Source of the DNA: Escherichia coli
Lineage (GTDB): Bacteria; Pseudomonadota; Gammaproteobacteria; Enterobacterales; Enterobacteriaceae
Reading direction: 5' to 3' (one strand)
Assembly: GCF_003334335.1 (NCBI RefSeq)
Contig: NZ_QOWQ01000012.1
DNA length: 64,000 bases
In this document: one piece after another, positions 29,734-47,740 of the stretch
Layout of the letters: every line of letters begins with the position of its first letter
Numbering within the stretch: position 1 is the first letter of the stretch
Position numbers and translations under genes: made by a program
Notes under the pieces: generated by a model
Seen by the model: the letters and a program-made list of their open reading frames with translations, nothing else
What the model was told of the DNA's origin: nothing
Database searches by the model: none

Positions 29734-29762
29734 TCGACTCATAAAAGTGATGCCGCTATAAT
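29734..29762 (+). promoter_or_regulatory. candidate sigma70 promoter for tig
   Basis: Perfect -10 hexamer TATAAT at 29757-29762 with a weak -35 (TCGACT) 17 bp upstream; about 145 nt before the tig start. Confidence 0.3.
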
Positions 29763-29898
29763 GCCGCGTCCTATTTGAATGCTTTCGGGATGATTCTGGT
29801 AACAGGGAATGTGATTGATTATAAGAACATCCCGGTTCCGCGAAGCCAACAACCTGTGCTTGCGGGGTAAGAGTTGACCGAGCACTGTGATTTTTTGA

Positions 29899-31206
<1,308 letters not shown>

Positions 31207-31240
31207 TTTACGCAGCATAACGCGCTAAATTCGCACAAAG

Positions 31241-31272
31241 GCCCGTCACCGCCAGGTGGTGGGCTTTTTTTT
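31241..31272 (+). terminator. intrinsic terminator of tig
   Basis: Imperfect GC-rich stem GCCCGTCACC / GGTGGTGGGC followed by eight T residues. Confidence 0.8.
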
Positions 31273-31451
31273 GTCATGAATTTTGCATGGAACCGTGCGA
31301 AAAGCCTCTTTCGGTGTTAGCGTAACAACAAAAGATTGTTATGCTTGAAATATGGTGATGCCGTACCCATAACACAGGGACTAGCTGATAATCCGTCCAT
31401 AAGGTTACAATCGGTACAGCAGGTTTTTTCAATTTTATCCAGGAGACGGAA

Positions 31452-32075
31452 ATGTCATACAGCGGCGAACGAGATAACTTTGCACCCCATATGGCGCTGG
31501 TGCCGATGGTCATTGAACAGACCTCACGCGGTGAGCGCTCTTTTGATATCTATTCTCGTCTACTTAAGGAACGCGTCATTTTTCTGACTGGCCAGGTTGA
31601 AGACCACATGGCTAACCTGATTGTGGCGCAGATGCTGTTCCTGGAAGCGGAAAACCCAGAAAAAGATATCTATCTGTACATTAACTCCCCAGGCGGGGTG
31701 ATCACTGCCGGGATGTCTATCTATGACACCATGCAGTTTATCAAGCCTGATGTCAGCACCATCTGTATGGGCCAGGCGGCCTCGATGGGCGCTTTCTTGC
31801 TGACCGCAGGGGCAAAAGGTAAACGTTTTTGCCTGCCGAATTCGCGCGTGATGATTCACCAACCGTTGGGCGGCTACCAGGGCCAGGCGACCGATATCGA
31901 AATTCATGCCCGTGAAATTCTGAAAGTTAAAGGGCGCATGAATGAACTTATGGCGCTTCATACGGGTCAATCATTAGAACAGATTGAACGTGATACCGAG
32001 CGCGATCGCTTCCTTTCCGCCCCTGAAGCGGTGGAATACGGTCTGGTCGATTCGATTCTGACCCATCGTAATTGA
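31452..32075 (+). CDS. clpP: ATP-dependent Clp protease proteolytic subunit
   Basis: 207 aa; active-site Ser in GQAASMGA plus conserved His and Asp. Confidence 0.97.
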   Translation: MSYSGERDNFAPHMALVPMVIEQTSRGERSFDIYSRLLKERVIFLTGQVEDHMANLIVAQMLFLEAENPEKDIYLYINSPGGVITAGMSIYDTMQFIKPDVSTICMGQAASMGAFLLTAGAKGKRFCLPNSRVMIHQPLGGYQGQATDIEIHAREILKVKGRMNELMALHTGQSLEQIERDTERDRFLSAPEAVEYGLVDSILTHRN

Positions 32076-32200
32076 TGCCAGAGGCGCAACTGTGCCGCTA
32101 TACTTATCCAGGGCGGCACAACGCTGTAAGCGGCTTGCGCCTGAGAATGGCATTTGCGTCGTCGTGTGCGGCACAAAGAACAAAGAAGAGGTTTTGACCC

Positions 32201-33475
32201 ATGACAGATAAACGCAAAGATGGCTCAGGCAAATTGCTGTATTGCTCTTTTTGCGGCAAAAGCCAGCATGAAGTGCGCAAGCTGATTGCCGGTCCATCCG
32301 TGTATATCTGCGACGAATGTGTTGATTTATGTAACGACATCATTCGCGAAGAGATTAAAGAAGTTGCACCGCATCGTGAACGCAGTGCGCTACCGACGCC
32401 GCATGAAATTCGCAACCACCTGGACGATTACGTTATCGGCCAGGAACAGGCGAAAAAAGTGCTGGCGGTCGCGGTATACAACCATTACAAACGTCTGCGC
32501 AACGGCGATACCAGCAATGGCGTCGAGTTGGGCAAAAGTAACATTCTGCTGATCGGTCCGACCGGTTCCGGTAAAACGCTGCTGGCTGAAACGCTGGCGC
32601 GCCTGCTGGATGTTCCGTTCACCATGGCCGACGCGACTACACTGACCGAAGCCGGTTATGTGGGTGAAGACGTTGAAAACATCATTCAGAAGCTGTTGCA
32701 GAAATGCGACTACGATGTCCAGAAAGCACAGCGTGGTATTGTCTACATCGATGAAATCGACAAGATTTCTCGTAAGTCAGACAACCCGTCCATTACCCGA
32801 GACGTTTCCGGTGAAGGCGTACAGCAGGCACTGTTGAAACTGATCGAAGGTACGGTAGCTGCTGTTCCACCGCAAGGTGGGCGTAAACATCCGCAGCAGG
32901 AATTCTTGCAGGTTGATACCTCTAAGATCCTGTTTATTTGTGGCGGTGCGTTTGCCGGTCTGGATAAAGTGATTTCCCACCGTGTAGAAACCGGCTCCGG
33001 CATTGGTTTTGGCGCGACGGTAAAAGCGAAGTCCGACAAAGCAAGCGAAGGCGAGCTGCTGGCGCAGGTTGAACCGGAAGATCTGATCAAGTTTGGTCTT
33101 ATCCCTGAGTTTATTGGTCGTCTGCCGGTTGTCGCAACGTTGAATGAACTGAGCGAAGAAGCTCTGATTCAGATCCTCAAAGAGCCGAAAAACGCCCTGA
33201 CCAAGCAGTATCAGGCGCTGTTTAATCTGGAAGGCGTGGATCTGGAATTCCGTGACGAGGCGCTGGATGCTATCGCTAAGAAAGCGATGGCGCGTAAAAC
33301 CGGTGCCCGTGGCCTGCGTTCCATCGTAGAAGCCGCACTGCTCGATACCATGTACGATCTGCCGTCCATGGAAGACGTCGAAAAAGTGGTTATCGACGAG
33401 TCGGTAATTGATGGTCAAAGCAAACCGTTGCTGATTTATGGCAAGCCGGAAGCGCAACAGGCATCTGGTGAATAA
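32201..33475 (+). CDS. clpX: ATP-dependent Clp protease ATP-binding subunit ClpX
   Basis: 424 aa; N-terminal zinc-binding CSFC...CDEC, Walker A GPTGSGKT, Walker B IVYIDEID. Confidence 0.97.
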
Positions 33476-33505
33476 TTAACCATTCCCATACAATTAGTTA
33501 ACCAA

Positions 33506-33537
33506 AAAGGGGGGATTTTATCTCCCCTTTAATTTTT
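33506..33537 (+). terminator. intrinsic terminator of clpX
   Basis: Stem AAAGGGGGGA / TCTCCCCTTT with one mismatch, followed by AATTTTT. Confidence 0.75.
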
Positions 33538-33552
33538 CCTCTATTCTCGGCG

Positions 33553-33579
33553 TTGAATGTGGGGGAAACATCCCCATAT
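33553..33579 (+). promoter_or_regulatory. sigma32 heat-shock promoter of lon
   Basis: -35 TTGAAT at 33553-33558, 13-nt spacer, -10 CCCCATAT at 33572-33579, matching the sigma32 consensus CTTGAA / CCCCATNT; the -10 sits within a short palindrome GGGGAaacaTCCCC. Confidence 0.7.
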
Positions 33580-33662
33580 ACTGACGTACATGTTAATAGA
33601 TGGCGTGAAGCACAGTCGTGTCATCTGATTACCTGGCGGAAATTAAACTAAGAGAGAGCTCT

Positions 33663-36017
33663 ATGAATCCTGAGCGTTCTGAACGCATTGAAATCCCCGT
33701 ATTGCCGCTGCGCGATGTGGTGGTTTATCCGCACATGGTCATCCCCTTATTTGTCGGGCGGGAAAAATCTATCCGTTGTCTGGAAGCGGCGATGGACCAT
33801 GATAAAAAAATTATGCTGGTCGCGCAGAAAGAAGCTTCAACGGATGAGCCGGGTGTAAACGATCTTTTCACCGTCGGGACCGTGGCCTCTATATTGCAGA
33901 TGCTGAAACTGCCTGACGGCACCGTCAAAGTGCTGGTCGAGGGGTTACAGCGCGCGCGTATTTCTGCGCTCTCTGACAATGGCGAACACTTTTCTGCGAA
34001 GGCGGAGTATCTGGAGTCGCCGACCATTGATGAGCGGGAACAGGAAGTGCTGGTGCGTACTGCAATCAGCCAGTTCGAAGGCTACATCAAGCTGAACAAA
34101 AAAATCCCACCAGAAGTGCTGACGTCGCTGAATAGCATCGACGATCCGGCGCGTCTGGCGGATACCATTGCTGCACATATGCCGCTGAAACTGGCTGACA
34201 AACAGTCTGTTCTGGAGATGTCCGACGTTAACGAACGTCTGGAATATCTGATGGCAATGATGGAATCGGAAATCGATCTGCTGCAGGTTGAGAAACGCAT
34301 TCGCAACCGCGTTAAAAAGCAGATGGAGAAATCCCAGCGTGAGTACTATCTGAACGAGCAAATGAAAGCTATTCAGAAAGAACTCGGTGAAATGGACGAC
34401 GCGCCGGACGAAAACGAAGCCCTGAAGCGCAAAATCGACGCGGCGAAGATGCCGAAAGAGGCAAAAGAGAAAGCGGAAGCAGAGTTGCAGAAGCTGAAAA
34501 TGATGTCTCCGATGTCGGCAGAAGCGACCGTAGTGCGTGGTTATATCGACTGGATGGTACAGGTGCCGTGGAATGCGCGTAGCAAGGTCAAAAAAGACCT
34601 GCGTCAGGCGCAGGAAATCCTTGATACCGACCATTATGGTCTGGAGCGCGTGAAAGATCGAATCCTTGAGTATCTTGCGGTTCAAAGCCGTGTCAACAAA
34701 ATCAAGGGACCGATCCTCTGCCTGGTAGGGCCGCCGGGGGTAGGTAAAACCTCTCTTGGTCAGTCCATTGCCAAAGCCACCGGGCGTAAATATGTCCGTA
34801 TGGCGCTGGGCGGCGTGCGTGATGAAGCGGAAATCCGTGGTCACCGCCGTACTTACATCGGTTCTATGCCGGGTAAACTGATCCAGAAAATGGCGAAAGT
34901 GGGCGTGAAAAACCCGCTGTTCCTGCTCGATGAGATCGACAAAATGTCTTCTGACATGCGTGGCGATCCGGCCTCTGCACTGCTTGAAGTGCTGGATCCA
35001 GAGCAGAACGTAGCGTTCAGCGACCACTACCTGGAAGTGGATTACGATCTCAGCGACGTGATGTTTGTCGCGACGTCGAACTCCATGAACATTCCGGCAC
35101 CGCTGCTGGATCGTATGGAAGTGATTCGCCTCTCCGGTTATACCGAAGATGAAAAACTGAACATCGCCAAACGTCACCTGCTGCCGAAGCAGATTGAACG
35201 TAATGCACTGAAAAAAGGTGAGCTGACCATCGACGATAGCGCCATTATCGGCATTATTCGTTACTACACCCGTGAGGCGGGCGTGCGTGGTCTGGAGCGT
35301 GAAATCTCCAAACTGTGTCGCAAAGCGGTTAAGCAGTTACTGCTCGATAAGTCATTAAAACATATCGAAATTAACGGCGATAACCTGCATGACTATCTCG
35401 GTGTTCAGCGTTTCGACTATGGTCGCGCGGATAACGAAAACCGTGTCGGTCAGGTAACCGGTCTGGCGTGGACGGAAGTGGGCGGTGACTTGCTGACCAT
35501 TGAAACCGCATGTGTTCCGGGTAAAGGCAAACTGACCTATACCGGTTCGCTCGGCGAAGTGATGCAGGAGTCCATTCAGGCGGCGTTAACGGTGGTTCGT
35601 GCGCGTGCGGAAAAACTGGGGATCAACCCTGATTTTTACGAAAAACGTGACATCCACGTCCACGTACCGGAAGGTGCGACGCCGAAAGATGGTCCGAGTG
35701 CCGGTATTGCTATGTGCACCGCGCTGGTTTCTTGCCTGACCGGTAACCCGGTTCGTGCCGATGTGGCAATGACCGGTGAGATCACTCTGCGTGGTCAGGT
35801 ACTGCCGATCGGTGGTTTGAAAGAAAAACTCCTGGCAGCGCATCGCGGCGGGATTAAAACAGTGCTAATTCCGTTCGAAAATAAACGCGATCTGGAAGAG
35901 ATTCCTGACAACGTAATTGCCGATCTGGACATTCATCCTGTGAAGCGCATTGAGGAAGTTCTGACTCTGGCGCTGCAAAATGAACCGTCTGGTATGCAGG
36001 TTGTGACTGCAAAATAG
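33663..36017 (+). CDS. lon: ATP-dependent Lon protease
   Basis: Internal ATG at 33663 gives 784 aa starting [26 protein letters not shown]; Walker A GPPGVGKT; catalytic Ser in PKDGPSAG. Confidence 0.97.
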   Translation: MNPERSERIEIPVLPLRDVVVYPHMVIPLFVGREKSIRCLEAAMDHDKKIMLVAQKEASTDEPGVNDLFTVGTVASILQMLKLPDGTVKVLVEGLQRARISALSDNGEHFSAKAEYLESPTIDEREQEVLVRTAISQFEGYIKLNKKIPPEVLTSLNSIDDPARLADTIAAHMPLKLADKQSVLEMSDVNERLEYLMAMMESEIDLLQVEKRIRNRVKKQMEKSQREYYLNEQMKAIQKELGEMDDAPDENEALKRKIDAAKMPKEAKEKAEAELQKLKMMSPMSAEATVVRGYIDWMVQVPWNARSKVKKDLRQAQEILDTDHYGLERVKDRILEYLAVQSRVNKIKGPILCLVGPPGVGKTSLGQSIAKATGRKYVRMALGGVRDEAEIRGHRRTYIGSMPGKLIQKMAKVGVKNPLFLLDEIDKMSSDMRGDPASALLEVLDPEQNVAFSDHYLEVDYDLSDVMFVATSNSMNIPAPLLDRMEVIRLSGYTEDEKLNIAKRHLLPKQIERNALKKGELTIDDSAIIGIIRYYTREAGVRGLEREISKLCRKAVKQLLLDKSLKHIEINGDNLHDYLGVQRFDYGRADNENRVGQVTGLAWTEVGGDLLTIETACVPGKGKLTYTGSLGEVMQESIQAALTVVRARAEKLGINPDFYEKRDIHVHVPEGATPKDGPSAGIAMCTALVSCLTGNPVRADVAMTGEITLRGQVLPIGGLKEKLLAAHRGGIKTVLIPFENKRDLEEIPDNVIADLDIHPVKRIEEVLTLALQNEPSGMQVVTAK

Positions 36018-36048
36018 TGACCTCGCGCAAAATGCACTAATAAAAACA

Positions 36049-36087
36049 GGGCTGGCAGGCTAATTCGGGCTTGCCAGCCTTTTTTTG
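36049..36087 (+). terminator. intrinsic terminator of lon
   Basis: Stem GGCTGGCA / TGCCAGCC with about 14-nt loop, followed by seven T residues. Confidence 0.8.
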
Positions 36088-36225
36088 TCTCGCTAAGTTA
36101 GATGGCGGATCGGGCTTGCCCTTATTAAGGGGTGTTGTAAGGGGATGGCTGGCCTGATATAACTGCTGCGCGTTCGTACCTTGAAGGATTCAAGTGCGAT
36201 ATAAATTATAAAGAGGAAGAGAAGA

Positions 36226-36498
36226 GTGAATAAATCTCAATTGATCGACAAGATTGCTGCAGGGGCTGATATCTCTAAAGCTGCGGCTGGCCGTGCGTTA
36301 GATGCTATTATTGCTTCCGTAACTGAATCTCTGAAAGAAGGGGATGATGTAGCACTGGTAGGTTTTGGTACTTTTGCCGTTAAAGAGCGTGCTGCCCGTA
36401 CTGGCCGCAACCCGCAGACCGGTAAAGAGATCACCATCGCTGCTGCTAAAGTACCGAGCTTCCGTGCAGGTAAAGCACTGAAAGACGCGGTAAACTAA
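36226..36498 (+). CDS. hupB: DNA-binding protein HU-beta
   Basis: 90 aa, GTG start; HU-family signature [21 protein letters not shown]. Confidence 0.96.
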
Positions 36499-36532
36499 GC
36501 GTTGTCCCCAGTGGGGATGTGACGAAGTTCAA

Positions 36533-36560
36533 GGGCGCATCTACTGATGTGCCTTTTTTA
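36533..36560 (+). terminator. intrinsic terminator of hupB
   Basis: Stem GGCGCATC / GATGTGCC with one mismatch and loop TACT, followed by TTTTTT. Confidence 0.75.
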
Positions 36561-36689
36561 TTTGTATTCGGTGACTTTCTGCGTCTTGTGGGCTGACAAT
36601 TGCCCCCGTTTCTTGTCACAATAGGCCTTTGCGCGCATCGATACGTTGCGTGAGGTACACAGTCATCTACAGCGGAGTGTTGTTACACC

Positions 36690-39142
<2,453 letters not shown>

Positions 39143-39176
39143 TGTACTTATAACAACAACGTAAGGTTATTGCGCT

Positions 39177-39575
39177 ATGCAAACACAAATCAAAGTTCGT
39201 GGATATCATCTCGACGTTTACCAGCACGTCAACAACGCCCGCTACCTTGAATTTCTCGAAGAAGCCCGCTGGGATGGGTTGGAAAATAGCGACAGTTTTC
39301 AGTGGATGACGGCCCATAACATCGCCTTCGTCGTGGTCAATATCAATATTAACTATCGTCGCCCAGCGGTATTAAGTGACCTGTTAACTATTACCAGTCA
39401 GTTGCAGCAATTAAACGGTAAAAGCGGCATCTTAAGCCAGGTCATTACACTGGAGCCGGAAGGGCAGGTGGTAGCGGATGCGCTTATTACGTTTGTTTGT
39501 ATTGATCTTAAAACGCAGAAAGCATTAGCTCTGGAAGGGGAATTGCGCGAAAAGCTGGAGCAGATGGTTAAGTAA
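39177..39575 (+). CDS. fadM: long-chain acyl-CoA thioesterase III
   Basis: 132 aa hotdog-fold thioesterase; sequence recognised (MQTQIKVRGYHLDVYQHVNNARYLEF). Confidence 0.94.
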   Translation: MQTQIKVRGYHLDVYQHVNNARYLEFLEEARWDGLENSDSFQWMTAHNIAFVVVNININYRRPAVLSDLLTITSQLQQLNGKSGILSQVITLEPEGQVVADALITFVCIDLKTQKALALEGELREKLEQMVK

Positions 39576-39588
39576 ACGTTTTGTGGTG

Positions 39589-39612
39589 CCGGATGCTCAA
39601 GCCGCATCCGGC
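39589..39612. repeat. REP-like hairpin at the fadM/queC convergent junction
   Basis: GCCGGATGC-tcaagcc-GCATCCGGC, carrying the REP core GCCGGATG; likely also acts as a terminator. Confidence 0.7.
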
Positions 39613-39626
39613 GACACCCGGAATAA

Positions 39627-40322
39627 TTACCTCAACCCGGTTTTCTGCTTCATCGCTGCCATCACCGTCGGTTTATCGGCCAGATAATGATTCAAACCGT
39701 TGGCGCGTAAATTACATGCCGCACAATGACCGCAACCGTCGCCTTTAAAGCCGTTATAGCAGGTCAACGTTTCGTTACGGACTAAATCCAGTTTGCCGTA
39801 ATAATCTGCCAGCGCCCAGGTTTCCGCTTTATCAATCCACATCAGCGGCGTTTCAAAACGAATATCTTTCGCCATGCCCAAACTGACGGCATGGTTTAGT
39901 GCTTTCACAAACTCATCGCGGCAATCCGGGTAGCCGGAGAAATCCGTTTCGCAGACGCCAGTAATTACGGCTTCTGCTTTTACCTGATACGCATATATTG
40001 CCGCCAGCGTCAGGAACAAAATATTACGCCCTGGGACAAACGTATTCGGGATACCATCGGCTTCAGGTTCATAATCAGGCACCGGAATGCTGTCACGCGT
40101 CAGGCTACTGACCGCCAGCTCGTTGAGCAGGGTGACATCCAGCACCTTATGCGCGCGTGCCCCCAGTTTCAGCGCCAGTTCGCGTGCCACGTCGATTTCT
40201 GCGCGATGCCGCTGACCGTAATCGAACGTCACGCAATGGACTTCATCATATTGTTGTAATGCCTGCACCAGACAGGTGGTGGAATCCTGACCTCCACTGA
40301 ACACAACGACAGCACGTTTCAT
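39627..40322 (-). CDS. queC: 7-cyano-7-deazaguanine synthase
   Basis: 231 aa; PP-loop SGGQDS; C-terminal zinc-binding Cys cluster [16 protein letters not shown]. Confidence 0.96.
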   Translation of the reverse strand: MKRAVVVFSGGQDSTTCLVQALQQYDEVHCVTFDYGQRHRAEIDVARELALKLGARAHKVLDVTLLNELAVSSLTRDSIPVPDYEPEADGIPNTFVPGRNILFLTLAAIYAYQVKAEAVITGVCETDFSGYPDCRDEFVKALNHAVSLGMAKDIRFETPLMWIDKAETWALADYYGKLDLVRNETLTCYNGFKGDGCGHCAACNLRANGLNHYLADKPTVMAAMKQKTGLR

Positions 40323-40386
40323 AGATAATCCTGCTTGAACAATAAAAGCGTTATGGTAACGCCTGCGATTAACCCGGACCAGCTAT

Positions 40387-42087
40387 TCATTGCGATGGCG
40401 CGGGAAGCCAGGCTTCGGTAAATTCAAACCAGCCGCGCGGTGTCAGTCGCACACCGTTCACGCCGGGAGGGGCACTAATGCGATAGTGATAGTTGAACAG
40501 CGGCGTCAGCGTCGCATCTGTCATTAACTGGCTAAAAACCGCTTTCAGGGCATTAAATCGGTTTTCTTCATCAGGCATTATTTGCACGGCATCCAGTGTC
40601 GATTGTAGATGTGCGTATGCTGGAGCGTCGAAAACATGTGGCCACAGCGGATCGCAGCGCAGCCATTGCTCCAGAGTATATTCCGGTGCTTCGCCAATTA
40701 ATCTGTCGCCCATCATGAGGTCTGCGTGTGCCTGTAGGGTCGTGTCGTCCCAGTTTTTTGCGTTATGAAAAATAATTGTGAGTTCACAGCCTTCCGCTGC
40801 CAGTGTCGCCTGTAGGCGTTCTGCCATGGTATGAAGTTCTATCGGTAGGTGATAAACCAGCGTCAAGGTTTTCGGTAGTTTGACTTCATCCGGTACCTGC
40901 CAATGCGGAATAGTCCAGCCTGGCAGTAATGCATGACTGGCGGTGATCAGGTTTTCTCCGACTTCTAACGTTTGTAATAAACCGGATTGATGAATAATGG
41001 AGATCACTTTTCGCGCCTGCCAGAGGGAGAGTCGGGGACTTTTGCGCAACGTCAAATAGCAAAAACCTAAACTGATGCCGCTACTGACCTGGCTGACCCG
41101 TTGCAGCTCCTCCGGTTTGCCGATGGTGATTTGCACGGGATGCCGACAACTGGTTCCCAAATCTTTTTCGAAAAGCGGCGGAGTTATCCAGTACTCAACC
41201 GCTTTAAGCAGCGGATGACGTAAATGGTAATAATCATGGCTTTCCAGGCGCACCAGCTCTGCTGTGAATTGTGTTAAGCGAAAAGGACCCGTGCCGATCA
41301 GTGGGAATTGCGGATGCGCCAGATGGCTGCAATAGCTCGCCAGCCGGTGCGCAAGCCAGTAATCAGGGCGATGTAAAAAGAAGGTCAGACACTGCGGATG
41401 GGTGACTTCAATACGCTTCACGCTAATAAATAATTGATCCAGTGCTGGCAGTTGTAACAGCATCAATAATCGCTGGTGTAAGTGTGAGGCTTTTACTGCA
41501 TCGCCGTTATGCCAGTGTAGGGTTGAACGAAGATAAAAGTCCCAGCGTAACCCGTCAGTAGAGGTTTCCCAGTGATGCGCTAAATCGCCAATCGGGCGCT
41601 GAGTATTATTATCGAAGCGGGTCAGGCCGGAAAATATCTGCCCGGCGAGATGCTGCTCGGCACGGCCGGGCAAAAAGCCTGGTTGTAGCGGTTCGAGCGG
41701 GCGATAGTAGGGAATACGCAACGTGGGTGTATCGTTTTGCCATTGTCCGCCCATAAACGGCTGTAACAGAGTGCGCAGCTCACCTGGGGCCAGTTGCGCC
41801 AGCTCCAGCACATCTTGCTGCTTTCCGGTTTCCAGTGCCTGTTCCATCATCGCATTGCGTAGCGATTCCGGCGTGACCAGAAAGCGTAATTGTCCGCGCT
41901 TTCCGCGTCCTGACTGCGCCTGCCACTCCAGCCATCCCGCCTCCTGTGCCTGACGCAACAGCGTACGAACATGGCGTTCGCTGCAAAAACAGCGTTCGGC
42001 CAGTTCGCTGACGGTGACGGTTTGCGGCTTTCCGGCGGAAGGTTGCCACAGACGTTGATACTGGTTAAGACGGTTGAGCAATCGCAT
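40387..42087 (-). CDS. ybaE: SgrR-like protein: N-terminal winged-helix DNA-binding region fused to a solute-binding-protein family 5-like domain; function unknown
   Basis: 566 aa from the ATG at 42085-42087 (start choice between nearby ATGs uncertain); no signal peptide; N-terminus reads like the SgrR N-terminal domain as I recall it. Confidence 0.85.
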   Translation of the reverse strand: MRLLNRLNQYQRLWQPSAGKPQTVTVSELAERCFCSERHVRTLLRQAQEAGWLEWQAQSGRGKRGQLRFLVTPESLRNAMMEQALETGKQQDVLELAQLAPGELRTLLQPFMGGQWQNDTPTLRIPYYRPLEPLQPGFLPGRAEQHLAGQIFSGLTRFDNNTQRPIGDLAHHWETSTDGLRWDFYLRSTLHWHNGDAVKASHLHQRLLMLLQLPALDQLFISVKRIEVTHPQCLTFFLHRPDYWLAHRLASYCSHLAHPQFPLIGTGPFRLTQFTAELVRLESHDYYHLRHPLLKAVEYWITPPLFEKDLGTSCRHPVQITIGKPEELQRVSQVSSGISLGFCYLTLRKSPRLSLWQARKVISIIHQSGLLQTLEVGENLITASHALLPGWTIPHWQVPDEVKLPKTLTLVYHLPIELHTMAERLQATLAAEGCELTIIFHNAKNWDDTTLQAHADLMMGDRLIGEAPEYTLEQWLRCDPLWPHVFDAPAYAHLQSTLDAVQIMPDEENRFNALKAVFSQLMTDATLTPLFNYHYRISAPPGVNGVRLTPRGWFEFTEAWLPAPSQ

Positions 42088-42186
42088 ATAAACCCGGAAC
42101 AATATTATTTAACTATTCACTATTACTTCCGTATATATCAGGTGATACTCAATCACCATTAACCGTGTCACAGAGTGGAGAAAGAA

Positions 42187-43005
42187 ATGGCTCGTCTGGC
42201 AGCATTTGATATGGATGGCACTTTATTGATGCCTGACCATCATTTAGGTGAGAAAACCCTCTCTACTTTGGCGCGACTGCGTGAACGCGACATTACCCTC
42301 ACTTTTGCCACGGGGCGTCATGCGCTGGAGATGCAGCATATTCTCGGGGCGCTATCGCTGGATGCGTATTTGATTACCGGCAACGGAACGCGCGTGCATT
42401 CTCTGGAAGGTGAACTTTTACATCGTGATGATTTACCTGCGGATGTCGCGGAGCTGGTGCTGTATCAGCAATGGGATACCCGAGCCAGCATGCATATCTT
42501 CAATGACGACGGTTGGTTTACCGGGAAAGAGATCCCTGCGTTGTTGCAGGCATTTGTCTATAGCGGTTTTCGTTATCAGATAATCGATGTCAAAAAAATG
42601 CCACTCGGCAGCGTCACCAAGATCTGCTTCTGTGGCGATCACGACGATCTTACACGCTTGCAGATCCAGCTATACGAAGCATTAGGCGAGCGTGCACATT
42701 TGTGTTTTTCCGCCACGGATTGCCTCGAAGTGCTGCCGGTGGGCTGCAATAAAGGCGCTGCATTGACGGTGCTGACCCAACATTTAGGTTTATCGTTGCG
42801 CGATTGCATGGCCTTTGGTGATGCGATGAACGATCGCGAAATGTTAGTCAGCGTCGGTAGCGGATTTATTATGGGCAATGCGATGCCGCAACTGCGCGCG
42901 GAGCTCCCGCATTTACCGGTGATTGGACATTGCCGAAATCAGGCTGTCTCTCACTATTTGACGCACTGGCTGGACTATCCACATCTACCTTATTCCCCCG
43001 AATAA
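42187..43005 (+). CDS. cof: HAD-family phosphatase (HMP-PP phosphatase Cof)
   Basis: Internal ATG at 42187 gives 272 aa starting [14 protein letters not shown]; HAD motif I DMDGT and C-terminal GDAMND. Confidence 0.93.
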
Positions 43006-43020
43006 CGAGATCCCTTCCAG

Positions 43021-43046
43021 CACCGGGCAATTGCCCGGTTTTTTTT
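43021..43046 (+). terminator. intrinsic terminator of cof
   Basis: Perfect palindrome CCGGGCaattGCCCGG followed by eight T residues. Confidence 0.85.
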
Positions 43047-43157
43047 GCGTTGAATTTGTCATTTTGTGCCGTGGTGTTTAAACCGCACAGAATAAATTGT
43101 CGTGATTTCACCTTTAAAATAAAATTAAAAGAGAAAAAAATTCTCTGTGGAAGGGCT

Positions 43158-43616
43158 ATGTTAGATAAAATTGACCGTAAGCTGCTGGCCTTACTGCAGC
43201 AGGATTGCACCCTCTCTTTGCAGGCACTGGCTGAAGCCGTTAATCTGACAACCACCCCTTGCTGGAAGCGCCTGAAACGGCTGGAGGACGACGGTATCCT
43301 TATCGGCAAAGTCGCCCTGCTGGATCCGGAAAAAATAGGCCTCGGCCTGACCGCTTTTGTGCTGATAAAAACGCAACATCACAGCAGCGAATGGTATTGC
43401 CGCTTTGTCACGGTGGTTACCGAAATGCCAGAAGTGCTGGGGTTCTGGCGCATGGCTGGTGAATACGATTATCTGATGCGCGTCCAGGTTGCCGACATGA
43501 AACGCTACGACGAGTTTTATAAGCGTCTGGTAAACAGCGTGCCGGGGCTGTCGGACGTCACTTCCAGCTTCGCGATGGAACAGATTAAATACACCACTTC
43601 TTTACCCATCGAATAA
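43158..43616 (+). CDS. decR: Lrp/AsnC-family transcriptional regulator
   Basis: Internal ATG at 43158 gives 152 aa starting [28 protein letters not shown]; RBS GGAAGGG upstream; formerly ybaO. Confidence 0.92.
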
Positions 43617-43645
43617 ATATCCAGAATCAGGTCAGGACACAACGC

Positions 43646-47192
<3,547 letters not shown>

Positions 47193-47236
47193 ATAGCGCA
47201 ATATTTCATCGTTGGTGCAAAAATGTAACGCACTGT

Positions 47237-47251
47237 GCACTGTCATAGTGC
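47237..47251 (+). promoter_or_regulatory. candidate NtrC binding site upstream of glnK; may also act as the mdlB terminator hairpin
   Basis: GCAC-tgtcata-GTGC (GCAC-N7-GTGC, as in the NtrC consensus TGCACCnnnnnTGGTGCA) about 60 bp upstream of the sigma54 element; followed by GTTTTCATTTTC. Confidence 0.4.
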
Positions 47252-47304
47252 GTTTTCATTTTCAAACTTCTTAACTTCCTGCTCTCTTTCTCGTTTTTCA
47301 TTTC

Positions 47305-47320
47305 TGGCACACCGCTTGCA
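47305..47320 (+). promoter_or_regulatory. sigma54 (-24/-12) promoter of glnK-amtB
   Basis: TGGCACaccgcTTGCA, matching the sigma54 consensus TGGCAC-N5-TTGCA, about 50 bp upstream of the glnK start. Confidence 0.8.
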
Positions 47321-47372
47321 ATACCTTCTTCGTGTAGCAGAACCATTACCGAATTCTGACCGGAGGGGATCT

Positions 47373-47711
47373 ATGAAGCTGGTGACCGTGATAATCAAAC
47401 CATTCAAGCTGGAAGACGTTCGTGAAGCGTTATCTTCCATTGGTATTCAGGGCCTGACCGTCACCGAAGTGAAAGGTTTCGGGCGTCAGAAAGGGCATGC
47501 CGAGCTGTACCGGGGGGCGGAATACAGCGTCAATTTCCTGCCAAAAGTAAAAATTGATGTGGCGATTGCTGATGACCAACTCGATGAAGTGATCGATATC
47601 GTCAGTAAGGCGGCTTACACCGGAAAAATTGGCGACGGCAAAATCTTCGTCGCTGAATTGCAACGCGTCATTCGTATTCGTACCGGCGAAGCCGACGAAG
47701 CGGCGCTGTAA
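47373..47711 (+). CDS. glnK: nitrogen regulatory protein PII-2
   Basis: Internal ATG at 47373 gives 112 aa starting MKLVTVIIKPFKLEDVREAL; T-loop GRQKGHAELYRGAEYSV with the uridylylation Tyr; RBS GGAGGGG. Confidence 0.96.
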   Translation: MKLVTVIIKPFKLEDVREALSSIGIQGLTVTEVKGFGRQKGHAELYRGAEYSVNFLPKVKIDVAIADDQLDEVIDIVSKAAYTGKIGDGKIFVAELQRVIRIRTGEADEAAL

Positions 47712-47740
47712 TCTCTGGCACACAGCAACAGGAACGAAAA

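Noticed and set aside
29498-29761. 87-aa ORF in the bolA-tig intergenic region
   Set aside because: Starts inside the bolA 3' end and spans the bolA terminator; no RBS or recognisable motif. The region is better explained as terminator plus tig promoter.
33945-35177. 410-aa minus-strand ORF inside lon
   Set aside because: Antisense shadow ORF of a codon-biased gene; no domain signature or RBS.
42930-43157. 76-codon N-terminal extension of the decR ORF
   Set aside because: The extension covers the cof terminator hairpin and T-run. The ATG at 43158 has an RBS and gives the expected 152-aa AsnC-family protein.
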